IMG/VR virus record: IMGVR_UViG_3300042350_001432
Coordinates: 1 to 60,734 of that record
From: a virus
Lineage: Duplodnaviria > Caudoviricetes
Strand: one strand, 5' to 3'
DNA: 60,734 nt
The position numbers and the translations under genes were made by a program. This document shows, one piece after another, positions 9,942-19,600 of the stretch. The notes under the pieces were generated by a model that had not been told where the DNA came from, ran no database searches, and was given only the letters and a program-made list of their open reading frames with translations. Positions within the stretch are counted from its first letter, which is position 1. Each line of letters begins with the position of its first letter.

Positions 9942-10211
9942 CTAGCACTTCACATCCCACCTTTTAAGCGCCAAATTGATCCGACTGTTCGGGTCGTGCG
10001 CCGTCTTGGCCGATGTGAGCTTCTCTTTCATCCCGCACATCCGTGAGCGGAAGTTGTCGCGCCTCTCTGCTGCCGCAGGGCTGCGATCCGCTTCGCCTGC
10101 GGTGACCGGGCGCTTGATGTTGTGACCCTCAGCACGAAGCGAGGCGCGGCCCTTATCATTCAGACCGCCGGATTTGGATTGACCTTCTTTACGCTGCCAA
10201 GTGTCAGACAT
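9942..10211 (-). CDS. Small basic conserved phage protein
   Basis: Start ATG 10211 with GGAG SD; GGLN.KGR...F.SRM.G...DPNSRIN.AL..W.C pattern common in aquatic phages. Confidence 0.7.
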   Translation of the reverse strand: MSDTWQRKEGQSKSGGLNDKGRASLRAEGHNIKRPVTAGEADRSPAAAERRDNFRSRMCGMKEKLTSAKTAHDPNSRINLALKRWDVKC

Positions 10212-10226
10212 ATCGCGCTCCATAGT

Positions 10227-10252
10227 AAAACGGGGGCCGCTAAGCCCCCGTT
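10227..10252 (-). terminator. Rho-independent terminator
   Basis: aacgggggc-ttagcg-gcccccgtt hairpin followed by Ts on the minus strand, downstream of 10276..10560. Confidence 0.65.
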
Positions 10253-10275
10253 CTATCTTCACAAGGCCTTAGCGA

Positions 10276-10560
10276 TCAGTTGATCGAACCGCTGACATTG
10301 CGACCCTTTGGGGGGGTGCCCTGACGAGCGGAACTAAACGGGCTGCCGCTATCGCAGGAACCGCCAGACTTGCGGGCCTTGCGGCCAGCATGGTGCATGG
10401 CGTCCATGCCCTTCACCTTACCAACAGCCTTGCCGCCGCTCTTACGCTTTTCAGCCGCTTCGTTGACGTTGCTTTCGTAGGTGTAGCGCATGTTCTTGCG
10501 GCCAAGATCTTCGGCTGCCTGATTGACGCCACCCGATGCGCGAGTTTTACGACCCTTCAT
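10276..10560 (-). CDS. Small basic protein with three R-[AK]-S-G-G motifs
   Basis: SD aaggagg; motifs RASGG, RKSGG, RKSGG. Confidence 0.75.
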   Translation of the reverse strand: MKGRKTRASGGVNQAAEDLGRKNMRYTYESNVNEAAEKRKSGGKAVGKVKGMDAMHHAGRKARKSGGSCDSGSPFSSARQGTPPKGRNVSGSIN

Positions 10561-10571
10561 GACAAGCCTCC

Positions 10572-11066
10572 TTATGCCGTCAGGTTGTTGGACTGGATAT
10601 AAGTGACGGTCAGAACGCCGACACCGCTACCCGTGTTTGTGGATGTGACCAAGACCCGAATATCGGTCGTGCCAACGTCCGTCCAGTTGGCAATGGCGGC
10701 ATCGACAGTGCCGGGGCTGGCGCTGACAAGGCCCTTGGTGCCGCCAGCAACAGCGCCAGCAGCAGTCAGCGCCGTGGCCGAAGCCGTGGTGCCGATGCCC
10801 AGCGTCGTTGCAGCACCCGTCCAAGCAGTCGAAACCGTCAGCGTGATGCTGAGGATCTGACTGTCAGCGGGGATCACGATGTCAGTCGTGTAAACGCCAG
10901 CAGTGGCACCATTGGTTGCCTGCGTGATCGCTTGGGACTGGGCCATGACCGTGAAACCGACGTTGGCTACGCCGCTATCACCGCCAACGCCGGCAAGAAC
11001 GCCAGAGCCGTCGCTGTTAAGGACGTTGCCCGCCTTAATCGGCCCGGTAAAAGTGGTAATACCCAT
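10572..11066 (-). CDS. Virion structural protein (post-capsid)
   Basis: SD aaggagg; TTFTGPIKAG N-terminus; directly follows the major capsid gene. Confidence 0.7.
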   Translation of the reverse strand: MGITTFTGPIKAGNVLNSDGSGVLAGVGGDSGVANVGFTVMAQSQAITQATNGATAGVYTTDIVIPADSQILSITLTVSTAWTGAATTLGIGTTASATALTAAGAVAGGTKGLVSASPGTVDAAIANWTDVGTTDIRVLVTSTNTGSGVGVLTVTYIQSNNLTA

Positions 11067-11121
11067 TTGGGACCTCCTTTAAGGTTACCCCCTCCCCGTT
11101 AAGAGAGGGGGTGCCGATTGA

Positions 11122-12036
11122 TTACGACGTCGGGAACGAACCGAAGATCGAACGCCAGTTGTAATAGCCGAAGCTATAACGCTCGTAGCCCTTGACCAGA
11201 AGGTTGTCGGTCACGAAATCGACCTGCATGTCGGTTTCGAACTTGACGCGCTCCATGTACGACAGACCGTCGATGTTGGTCAGCAGGAACCAAGCATAGG
11301 CCGACGTCAGGAAGTCGTTGACCATGTAGCCTTCCGGCAGACCACCGCTGGTGCTGAGGATAGCGTTGACGTCGTTGTCAGCCGTACCCGGACGGAGTTC
11401 CGTCTTGGTCAGGCGGATCGCGACAGGCTCAAGCTGCGGCGGAACGATGAGCTTACGACCACGGGCGAAGACCTTCAGGCCAGCCTGATCCTTGAAGTTT
11501 GTGCGGATCGAAATCATCGCATTCAGCAAGGTGGCTTCGTTCAGATCGACCTGAGTGGACGGCGTGTTGGCAACCGTTCCACCATCGATGGGGTGAGCGG
11601 TCGAGCAAAGCGCGACACCGTCACCGCCAATGTTGGCGTTGTAGGTTGTGGCCGTGTTCAAGATGTTCGAGCCGTAGATTTCCTTGGTCTGCTGAAATGA
11701 CTCAATCAGACCGAGGTTTGAAGGCTGGAACTGCGTCTTGTACAGGTTGTCATCGATGGCTTTGCGCGTGATGGCATAACCAAGGGCAATTTCATTATGC
11801 TCTTGGTTGTACACATAACGCTCACCAGCGCCGTTGTCGAAGGAGGTCTGGCCACCTTCAGTCTTCAACTGAGCAAGACCGAGGTAACGCATTTCAGCGG
11901 TACGCTCCAGCGCCAGCTTGGAGTCATGCTTGGTGAAGATCTTGTCGTACTGAGACGGGATCATCTCGTACTTGCCTTCAATCCCCCGCAGGCCGGGGAG
12001 CAGAAGGTCCTTAATTGCTGAAAGATTAACAGCCAT
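11122..12036 (-). CDS. Major capsid protein
   Basis: LLPGL...ALGYAIT.AI.DNLY...KLIVPPQL...AWFLLT...ERYSFG HK97-fold capsid pattern; follows scaffold and decoration genes. Confidence 0.88.
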   Translation of the reverse strand: MAVNLSAIKDLLLPGLRGIEGKYEMIPSQYDKIFTKHDSKLALERTAEMRYLGLAQLKTEGGQTSFDNGAGERYVYNQEHNEIALGYAITRKAIDDNLYKTQFQPSNLGLIESFQQTKEIYGSNILNTATTYNANIGGDGVALCSTAHPIDGGTVANTPSTQVDLNEATLLNAMISIRTNFKDQAGLKVFARGRKLIVPPQLEPVAIRLTKTELRPGTADNDVNAILSTSGGLPEGYMVNDFLTSAYAWFLLTNIDGLSYMERVKFETDMQVDFVTDNLLVKGYERYSFGYYNWRSIFGSFPTS

Positions 12037-12050
12037 GGTACCTTACTCCC

Positions 12051-12644
12051 TTAGATGCCGGTCAGGGTCTTGGTGGACACGTTGTTGAACGCAACAATTG
12101 CATAATTGTATGCGCCAGCTTCCGTACCATTCGAACCCGGAGGGTTGACGTCGAGACCGACAACCTTGAACGGCAGCGTGGCCGTGGTGGTCGGGGTGAC
12201 GGTGATGTCGATGTACGCGCCCGACAGGCCGCTCATCGTGTTGGGGGTGCCATAGGCGAACTGCACGTTCGCACCGATGTCCGAAGCGGCAAGACCGGTC
12301 GAGGACGAACCACCGACCTGCGCCAAGAACTTGGCGTTCGGATCGTTGATGATGTACACTTCGACGGTGTTGGTTGAAGCAACGTCAGCAGCGCCCCAGA
12401 AGTTCGACCAAACGGTGCGCTTCTGCGAAACCGACAGATACTTGCAGCCGACAAAGATGCCAGCAAGGATGCCAGCGCCCGGAGTGGTCGGGAAGACCGT
12501 ACCGTTGGCGTTCTGGAAGACCGGGTCACCGAAATACATAGCAGCGGTGTTGTAGGCACAGAAGGCCACATTCTGCTCGTAAGTCGGAGCAGAACCAGTA
12601 CCACTGTACTGGCTAAAACCGAAAGGCGCAAAAACGTTGGCCAT
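12051..12644 (-). CDS. Capsid decoration / minor capsid protein
   Basis: MAN..APFGF...GDPV...GIFVGC.Y...DPNAKF; immediately upstream of the major capsid gene. Confidence 0.65.
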   Translation of the reverse strand: MANVFAPFGFSQYSGTGSAPTYEQNVAFCAYNTAAMYFGDPVFQNANGTVFPTTPGAGILAGIFVGCKYLSVSQKRTVWSNFWGAADVASTNTVEVYIINDPNAKFLAQVGGSSSTGLAASDIGANVQFAYGTPNTMSGLSGAYIDITVTPTTTATLPFKVVGLDVNPPGSNGTEAGAYNYAIVAFNNVSTKTLTGI

Positions 12645-12733
12645 GACGGAACTCCTTTTGGGAAGCCATCATCGCGCACCGGGGCGACTTAGACTGAGGT
12701 TTTTGGACCTCCGCGCCGGGGGAGGCGAACCGA

Positions 12734-12762
12734 TAAATCTGATATTTTTACAAGCTTGTCAA
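12734..12762 (-). promoter_or_regulatory. Putative sigma70-type promoter for the capsid operon
   Basis: TTGACA at 12762-12757 followed by an AT-rich spacer, just after a terminator; -10 element is weak. Confidence 0.45.
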
Positions 12763-12771
12763 TACCGCAAT

Positions 12772-12798
12772 AAAAAAGGCGGCTTGCGCCGCCCTTTT
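12772..12798 (-). terminator. Rho-independent terminator (possibly bidirectional)
   Basis: ggcggc-ttgc-gccgcc hairpin flanked by A6 and T4. Confidence 0.75.
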
Positions 12799-12810
12799 CA
12801 CCCAAATCCC

Positions 12811-13476
12811 TTACTGGGGAATTGGAATTGAGTCGTATGACTTTCGGACCTTGACCAGAGATTGGTCCTTGTTCGAACGCTCAAACTGACCGCCTTCTGC
12901 GGAATTCAGTTGGGCTTCCTTCTGCCTGACCTGATTGCGCGCTTTGCGCAATTCAATGGCGCGGGCTTCGTCGGAAATCTCCGCTGGGCGCTCCATCAAG
13001 ATCATACCCTTACGCTCAATAACGGGGTAATTTCCCTGATTGGGCATGTAGGACGGGTGACGCGACGTCGGGACAGCCTCCCAGCCTGCGCGGGCCAAAG
13101 CGACCTGATACGCGGGATCTTCAGCACCTAGCAGAAGCTTGCGCTTCCATTCGTATTCCCAACCCGGCGGGATGTCGGCCTTGTTGATGTAGAAGTCATC
13201 AGTGCCTTCATCCAGATCACCAAGGTGATCACGAAGTTCAGCGGCACGACGAGCAGCGCGGGTGCGGGGATCTTCTTCACGCATTGGAGCCCGAATGTCT
13301 TCGCGGATCGTCGGCACAAACTCCGTATGCGCTGCCGCTTGCGCGGCGGGAAGCGGCTGATATGCCTCTTCCAGATCCTGCATGTTCACCGCCTCTGCGG
13401 CAGCTTGCTCAGCCCGCTGAAGGGCTTCTTTTACCTTAGGTGGGCGTCCACGCTTTTTGGGTGCAATTGCTTCCAT
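12811..13476 (-). CDS. Conserved head-module protein
   Basis: IPPGWEYEWKR...GWEAV...GMILMERP; lies between scaffold and capsid genes; SD aaggag. Confidence 0.7.
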   Translation of the reverse strand: MEAIAPKKRGRPPKVKEALQRAEQAAAEAVNMQDLEEAYQPLPAAQAAAHTEFVPTIREDIRAPMREEDPRTRAARRAAELRDHLGDLDEGTDDFYINKADIPPGWEYEWKRKLLLGAEDPAYQVALARAGWEAVPTSRHPSYMPNQGNYPVIERKGMILMERPAEISDEARAIELRKARNQVRQKEAQLNSAEGGQFERSNKDQSLVKVRKSYDSIPIPQ

Positions 13477-13492
13477 AACGATACTCCTTAAA

Positions 13493-14383
13493 TTAATTCA
13501 GCTTGCCCTCTTTCTGAAGAACAAGCTTATTACGTCCATACTCATCAATCGTCATACCCATCATGCTAGCCATTTCGCGCTCTGCCGCGCTGAGCGTTAC
13601 ACGGTCTGGCTTGCTCCCACCGCCGCCACCACTGCGGGAGACGGGCGCTGCTGGCGGTGCTGAACGGCGCTGCGTCGGCTTTGCCGCATCAGCCATGGCA
13701 TCGTAATTCCGACTGTTATCCTGACGGCGCATGCGAAGCGTGTCTTCAATTGCGTCAAAATAATCGTCAGAGTCCGCAGGAATATCGTCGGCAATCGCCA
13801 AATTGTGCGCTGCAATCATCTTTTGGTACAGGCGCGGGTCGGTCGCATATTGCGGATTGCGGCGCACCCAGTCGGCAGAGCGTGGCGAAAGCTGGCTTGC
13901 CAAAGCCTCGACAGGGTCAGCTTGATAGGGCTTTGGGGCTGGCTGGCGGGGCTGGTTTTCCAACGCCTGCTTGCCTTGCTCAAGCTGAAGAAGCCTTGCA
14001 GCGTTTGCCGACATCTCCGCCTGAATGTCCGCAGCCGTGTCAAAGTCGCCAAGCGACATTGCTTCACGGTAGTTGGACTTCAGAATGTTGTTGTTCTGAC
14101 GGACGGTGTCGATGGCGTTTGAAACCAGATGCAGGCTTGTGTCCTGCACCTCGCCCTGTGCGGCATAGGCGGACTGCTCAGCCTCGCTGGCGCGGCGCAA
14201 GGCCTCTTGACGGCCTTTGCGTTCCTCTTCCAACTGCTTTTTGAGGGCATCAAGGGTGTCTTCAACCGGGTCGGCGGCAGGGGTTTTCTCCTCCGACTTT
14301 TCGACAATGATGTCTTCTGCCGGCTTGGGGTCTTCCCCCAAATCCAGTTCCAATCGATCTTCTGCGCTATCTTCAATCGACAT
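13493..14383 (-). CDS. Capsid scaffolding protein (putative)
   Basis: Acidic coiled-coil protein ending VTLS..E..MA..MGMT..EY; start 14383 with SD aaggagg. Confidence 0.7.
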   Translation of the reverse strand: MSIEDSAEDRLELDLGEDPKPAEDIIVEKSEEKTPAADPVEDTLDALKKQLEEERKGRQEALRRASEAEQSAYAAQGEVQDTSLHLVSNAIDTVRQNNNILKSNYREAMSLGDFDTAADIQAEMSANAARLLQLEQGKQALENQPRQPAPKPYQADPVEALASQLSPRSADWVRRNPQYATDPRLYQKMIAAHNLAIADDIPADSDDYFDAIEDTLRMRRQDNSRNYDAMADAAKPTQRRSAPPAAPVSRSGGGGGSKPDRVTLSAAEREMASMMGMTIDEYGRNKLVLQKEGKLN

Positions 14384-14393
14384 TTTTACCTCC

Positions 14394-14786
14394 TTACCAG
14401 ACCATATCGGGCTGCGGGACACTGCCCCGGACGTTCGTGTCCTTCAGCGCGCGGCAAAGCACGTTGTTGACGGTGATCGTCCAGCCGTCAGAGGGGCGAT
14501 AGACGACCCAGTCGTGGATCTTCACGTCCATATCCCGGAACCAGTTCCCGTTGGGGTCGTTGAAGGCTTCGGGGCCCATCTTGACCACAAGGCCAACCTT
14601 GCTCTGGTGACGGTCTTCGTCGCGGTGGCTGTCCGTCAGGAAAATGCCGCTCTTGGTCTTTTCCGGGCGCAAGTAAACGGCAACGATCACCTCGTTGTGG
14701 AACACCTTGAGCTTTTCGATGTCGCCCAGTTCCCGAAGGATGACGTCCTTGGGGTCTTCATCGTGTGACATGACCATGTGTGGCAT
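14394..14786 (-). CDS. GroES/Cpn10-like co-chaperonin
   Basis: EKTKSGIFL...GLVVKMGP...VKIHDWVVY matches the Cpn10 pattern. Confidence 0.8.
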   Translation of the reverse strand: MPHMVMSHDEDPKDVILRELGDIEKLKVFHNEVIVAVYLRPEKTKSGIFLTDSHRDEDRHQSKVGLVVKMGPEAFNDPNGNWFRDMDVKIHDWVVYRPSDGWTITVNNVLCRALKDTNVRGSVPQPDMVW

Positions 14787-14804
14787 CTAATCTTTCTCCA
14801 TCGT

Positions 14805-15002
14805 TTATCGTTCAGAAATGATTTTATTAACTTCGTCACGCAGGTCTTGAAACTCACGCAGGCCAGCGATCCTACCCACTTGGTATTTGTAGTCGGAATA
14901 ATCAACGACGGCGTGTGGGTTGGTGACGTTTTCCGTCAGGTTCGCGATGCGCGCCTCAACGAGCTTGCTTAGCTCGATTTCAAACAGATTGTTATAGTTC
15001 AT
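14805..15002 (-). CDS. Hypothetical protein
   Basis: DYSDYKYQVGRIAGL helical motif; directly precedes the GroES-like gene. Confidence 0.7.
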   Translation of the reverse strand: MNYNNLFEIELSKLVEARIANLTENVTNPHAVVDYSDYKYQVGRIAGLREFQDLRDEVNKIISER

Positions 15003-15063
15003 CAATAGGTTCCATAAGATAAGATATTGGGCGGCGTCCTTCCATTAACGCCGCCCAAACTGG

Positions 15064-16545
15064 TTATTTTTTGCGCTTCTGGATCTCCGTCTTTTCCAAG
15101 CGGCCCAGACCGCTGCCAGCACCGGCATCCATGTCCTTATAGGACCGGTAAGTGCGGCCACCAGCCTTGCGCGGCATTGGCATGGGGCCCGGACCCGGAC
15201 CACCAGCGGGCGGCATCGGCATCGGCATCGGTACGGGCATCGGCATGGGAGCGCCAGCCTGAGGCGGAGGAGGCGGCGGCATCTGGACCGGAACACCCTG
15301 CGGACCCGGCATGGGCGGCATGTCAGGCTGACCGCCCTGCTGCCCCTTGCCAGTTGCAATCACGATGTTGATGTTGGTCTTGCCCTTGGTGCGCCCACCG
15401 GACTTGCGTTCAGCGCGGCCACCCTTCTTGTAGTCGCCGCTGGGGACCCGATCCGGCATCGTGTAGGGGGCTGGCGGCATGCGCTTGGCCGGGGGCTTAG
15501 GCATGGGCTTAGGCGGCATCTTCTCCTGCCTGTCCATCCTGTCCATGAATTCCCTTTCAAGGCGCTCCTGCTCCGCCATGCGGGCGGCGCTTTCCGCACT
15601 TGCGGCGGGATCCGGCCCATTGTAGCCGCCACCAGCGCGCTTGGCACGACCGCCCTTTTTCATTTCAAGGCCGGAAAGATTGCCGCCGTAAGCCTTGGCA
15701 ACGCGACCGCTGACCTTTTCCTGCGTCTGCATCTCGCCGTCCAGCGACGTCAAGCCGCCGTGGGCCTTGGCCGTGCGCGCGGACTTCTTGAACGCCTCTT
15801 CGGTCGGCGCGCCCTTGCTGCCAGCCTTGCGCATGCGCTCCTTTGAGCCGTCTGCAATGCGCTCTCGCTTGGCGTGGATGTTGGCGTACAAACCGCCGCC
15901 GTTCTTTTTGCCTGCGACTTCGGGGCCGGATGAAGCGCCGTCCTTCTTCTTGCCAAGGAAGTGAGACGTTAAACCCGACAATCCACCGAGAGCGCCGGCA
16001 GCGGCAGGCGCGGCCACATCCTTCAGGATGCCACCCAAGTTCTTGTGAGCGCGACCGCCCTTTTTCAGGCCCTTCATCGACTGCTGGGTGTCGTGCTTAT
16101 CGTCCATTTTGGACTTTTCCCACGACTCCATCGACATGCCGTACTTCTTGGCAAGCTTCTTGTCCTGCTTTTCGTCCTTGGCGGAGCCTTCAAAGGCCTT
16201 AGCGCGACCGCCCGTCTTCAGGCCGCCAATGTGCTTCTTGCCTTCCCGGTCCTCGTTCGCATCCTTCAAGTTGCGGTTGACGAGGGCATCAACGGTCAGA
16301 TGCTTGTTGCCTGAACGCGGCTTCTTGCCTGCGTTCTGCGGGGCATCAGCGCCAGAAGAGGCGACAACCTTGCCGCCCTTCTTGTAGGCGCGGCGCGAGA
16401 TCGGGCGCATGCCCGTCTTAACTTCGGAATTCAGAACCTGCTCAGGACCGTAGTCAGAAGCGTCAACCTTGCCCGACCCAGCATTGGTCAGGCGGTGGAT
16501 TTTGGCGCGCATTGCACGACGTGCGGTGCGTGACATCTCTGACAT
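15064..16545 (-). CDS. Basic low-complexity head-operon protein with about 11 x-[AK]-x-G-G motifs
   Basis: SD caggag; Lys/Gly/Pro/Met-rich; motifs include YKKGG, LKTGG, LKKGG, KAHGG, KAYGG, MKKGG, RKSGG, RKAGG. Confidence 0.75.
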   Translation of the reverse strand: MSEMSRTARRAMRAKIHRLTNAGSGKVDASDYGPEQVLNSEVKTGMRPISRRAYKKGGKVVASSGADAPQNAGKKPRSGNKHLTVDALVNRNLKDANEDREGKKHIGGLKTGGRAKAFEGSAKDEKQDKKLAKKYGMSMESWEKSKMDDKHDTQQSMKGLKKGGRAHKNLGGILKDVAAPAAAGALGGLSGLTSHFLGKKKDGASSGPEVAGKKNGGGLYANIHAKRERIADGSKERMRKAGSKGAPTEEAFKKSARTAKAHGGLTSLDGEMQTQEKVSGRVAKAYGGNLSGLEMKKGGRAKRAGGGYNGPDPAASAESAARMAEQERLEREFMDRMDRQEKMPPKPMPKPPAKRMPPAPYTMPDRVPSGDYKKGGRAERKSGGRTKGKTNINIVIATGKGQQGGQPDMPPMPGPQGVPVQMPPPPPPQAGAPMPMPVPMPMPMPPAGGPGPGPMPMPRKAGGRTYRSYKDMDAGAGSGLGRLEKTEIQKRKK

Positions 16546-16610
16546 TACAGTCTCCTGTCTTACCGAGTTACCGGCGAACGAAATCCCACGAAAGTGTGGC
16601 GAAACTTACA

Positions 16611-19600
16611 CTAGCTCTTTTTCAGGCCCTTAGCAATCATCAAGGCGCTGCGAACCTTGCCGCCCTTCTTAAAGCCGCGCTCTTCCTTCTGACGCCGGTC
16701 TTCCATGATGCTGTCCAGCCATTCTTGTGTGGCGTCTTGGTACGGAACCTTGGTCATCAAAGACTGCTGGGCTAGCGTCTGACCGGCAGGGGAGTCGTAA
16801 TCAATCGCCTTGCCGCTTTTATCCTTTGCCTTCAGCGTCTTGTAAAAGTCCCTGAACATCAACTTCGACGGGATCAGGTCGCTAGATCCGCCCAAATACC
16901 CTTCGCCCGTCGTGGGGATCAGGGCTGGGTATGTCTTATGCTTAAGGTCTGGCTGGCTTATAACGCGGCCACTGGGCTCAACTTCGGAAAATGCATGACC
17001 GGTGGATAGGCGCGGCGCGCCAAGAAGCTCTGGATTTGACGCGGAAAAACGCACCTCTCCGACGTCCGGGAAGCCTGCTTTTTGCCACTTTGAGCTATCA
17101 ATCTTCTTCACAAAGAACGACGCATGCGTACCGGGACGGTTAGCAAAAAACTGCTCAGCCTCCTTGGTGTTCATGATACCCGGCCACGCAATTGGGTGCT
17201 GCTTTGTCGGCGGAAGCGCTTGGCGCATCATCTCATCAAATTCTTCGATGTGCTTCTGCGCAATTGGCGAGTTGGGGATCATGCGCAGGATCGGCTCGTA
17301 GGCGTGATGCGACGAGTCCACGCTACCAAGGCCCATGGCGACATGGGTGCCAATTGCAGGCGTTCCTTCAGGGGTTTGCGTAGCAATCTTCTTGGCCAGC
17401 GTCTTGGCGGCGGCAATACGGTTGCCATAGGCCGCCGGGTCAGCACCCTTGGCAAACTCCGACCGCATGAATTCAGAGCCGCCCTGCTGTTCGCTGGGGT
17501 CTGTAAGGGCGGTTGAACCCGACTTCAGCAAGATCTTATCCGCCGGGGACAAGTCGCCCAAGAACGGAAAGATGCGCGCCCCACGGCGCTGCATTTCTTC
17601 AAGATCGGCCTCTTTGCGCGGAAGCATCATGCCCTTTGAAAGGGCCGTTGACTCCATTTCGCTGAGCGGCTTGCCAAATTCGCTCATTTTGACGTTCGCT
17701 GCGCCGGGGTTGGCGGCAAGGACGTCGGAGCCCTTGGTCGTGATCTTGCGCGCAAGGGCGTACTGGGCCCTTTTCAGATACTCCTTGAACTTGTCGGGAT
17801 CGACGTTCGTATCCCCCAGACCAGCCATGCCGATTGTCTGGAATATCTTGGCGACCGGGTGGTTCAGTATGCTGTCGTCATCGGCGTTCTGTGCGCCGCC
17901 GCTTGCGGCGTGGTGCATGGCCCGCACGACGTCTTCGTGCGTGGTTTCATCGCCCCCAGCCTTGTCCCACACTGCGTGGTGGGCAAGGTGCTGGTAATAC
18001 GGCTTCAGGCGGTCAGGAAGGGACAGGTCCATGGCGCTCTGACGCGCTGAAAGCCGGTCAACAGCCTCAATGCCACCTGCGCCGCCCTTCTTGGCAATGT
18101 ACTTGGAAGCCTCGCTAGTTGGACGCCCGGTGTGCAGGATGATCTGGCGCGCATCCAGCGTCGGCTGGTCACCGCGACCCATGAGCGATGCCAGAAAACC
18201 AGACTTGCTGGGGCCGACGCCGCGAATGTGCTGCGTAAATGCCCGCCACTCTTCTGGGGTGCTAGCCATCAGGTGACCGCTGTGGACAAGCTCCGAAACC
18301 TGCTTTTCCTTACCCGGCAGGTTGAGCGCGGCCCACGTCAGGGCATCCGGGATGTCCGTCTGGTGGCGGCCAAATGGGGCCATGACCTGAATGGCGTTCT
18401 GGATTGCGGTCTGGTGGACCTTGCCCTTCTCTGCGGCGTCAAGGTAGGCCTGTCCCGCTGGCGTGTGCAACCACTCGCCAAAGGCACCTTCGGGGCGGAT
18501 CTTGCCCGTCATTTCTTCCGGCAGCACAAGGCCAGATGCGCGCAGTTTATCGACGTTCGCAGCCTGACGCTGAATGCTCGACCGCGTAATGGTGTACGCC
18601 TTGATCAAGTCGCGCGCTGTGAGACCACTGCCAGCAGCGCGCTGGGCGACGTTATCCATAAAGTCGCCAAACTTTTGGACGTGCGACGGGATTTCTTTCA
18701 GACCGCCAAGGCTTTCCTGAACGTCTCCAACTGGACGCCAGTTCCAGTCGGAAATATACTGCGTTTCCGGGTCCTGATAGCCGCCAACGTCGCCGCCGTC
18801 AGCGTAACCCTCAACCTCACCGCCCGAAGCGTAGGCAGGGAAGCCCTTCTTCAGGATGCTTTCACGCATGCGCGGCGTGATCTCCAACGCTTGAAGGTCG
18901 GTCTGGGTGTCGCCCTGATCGTAATCGGTGTGGCTTACCGGGTGCTTGACGGTTGCAGTAGAAAACTTGGCTTCAGGGTCATGCTTCTTGGCAAGCTCCA
19001 TCAAGCGCTTAGGCACGATTTCGTCATAAAACTTTTTCATGCCCTCGCCGCCGACCTGAAGATCAAGGCCGGAAAGGGAGCGCCAGTCGCGGTTCGGAGC
19101 GTAGGGCACCTTGTTCATATCGGTTATCGCGCCCATAAAATTGTTACGCAGCGCCTCATGCTCATCTAACATGCCAAGCATGTTGGCAAAAGAGTAAGAA
19201 TCCTCTTCCATTTTATTTTTTAACATTCTTCTTGCATCCTGAGCTTCTTCTTCAGAACTAAGAAAGTCAGGACGTGAACCGCGCCAGTTGTTTAGGTGCG
19301 TTTCAACCATTTTGTCTTTGAAATTTTCATACTCTTTTCTTGCGGCATCGACTTTAGCTTGGGACTCTTTGCGACCAACGCCTTCTCCGGAAGCAATTTT
19401 ACTTGCTATTTCCTTACCAAGGAGTTCTTGCATTTTTTCTTCAGGGACGTCGTTTTCGGCGTAAGACCGCTCTCCATTGTGATCAATTGCGTGGAGGTTG
19501 TACGTCCCGTCTTCGTTTTTTTCGTGGTGGATTGCCGCGATGTATTTGCTGAGCTTGTAGCGGTCGGCAACGACTTGCCCCGGCGTCCACGCAAGCTTGT

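Noticed and set aside
11086-11113. Terminator after the major capsid gene
   Set aside because: A hairpin is present but lacks a U tract; it may only stabilise the transcript, so it was not called.
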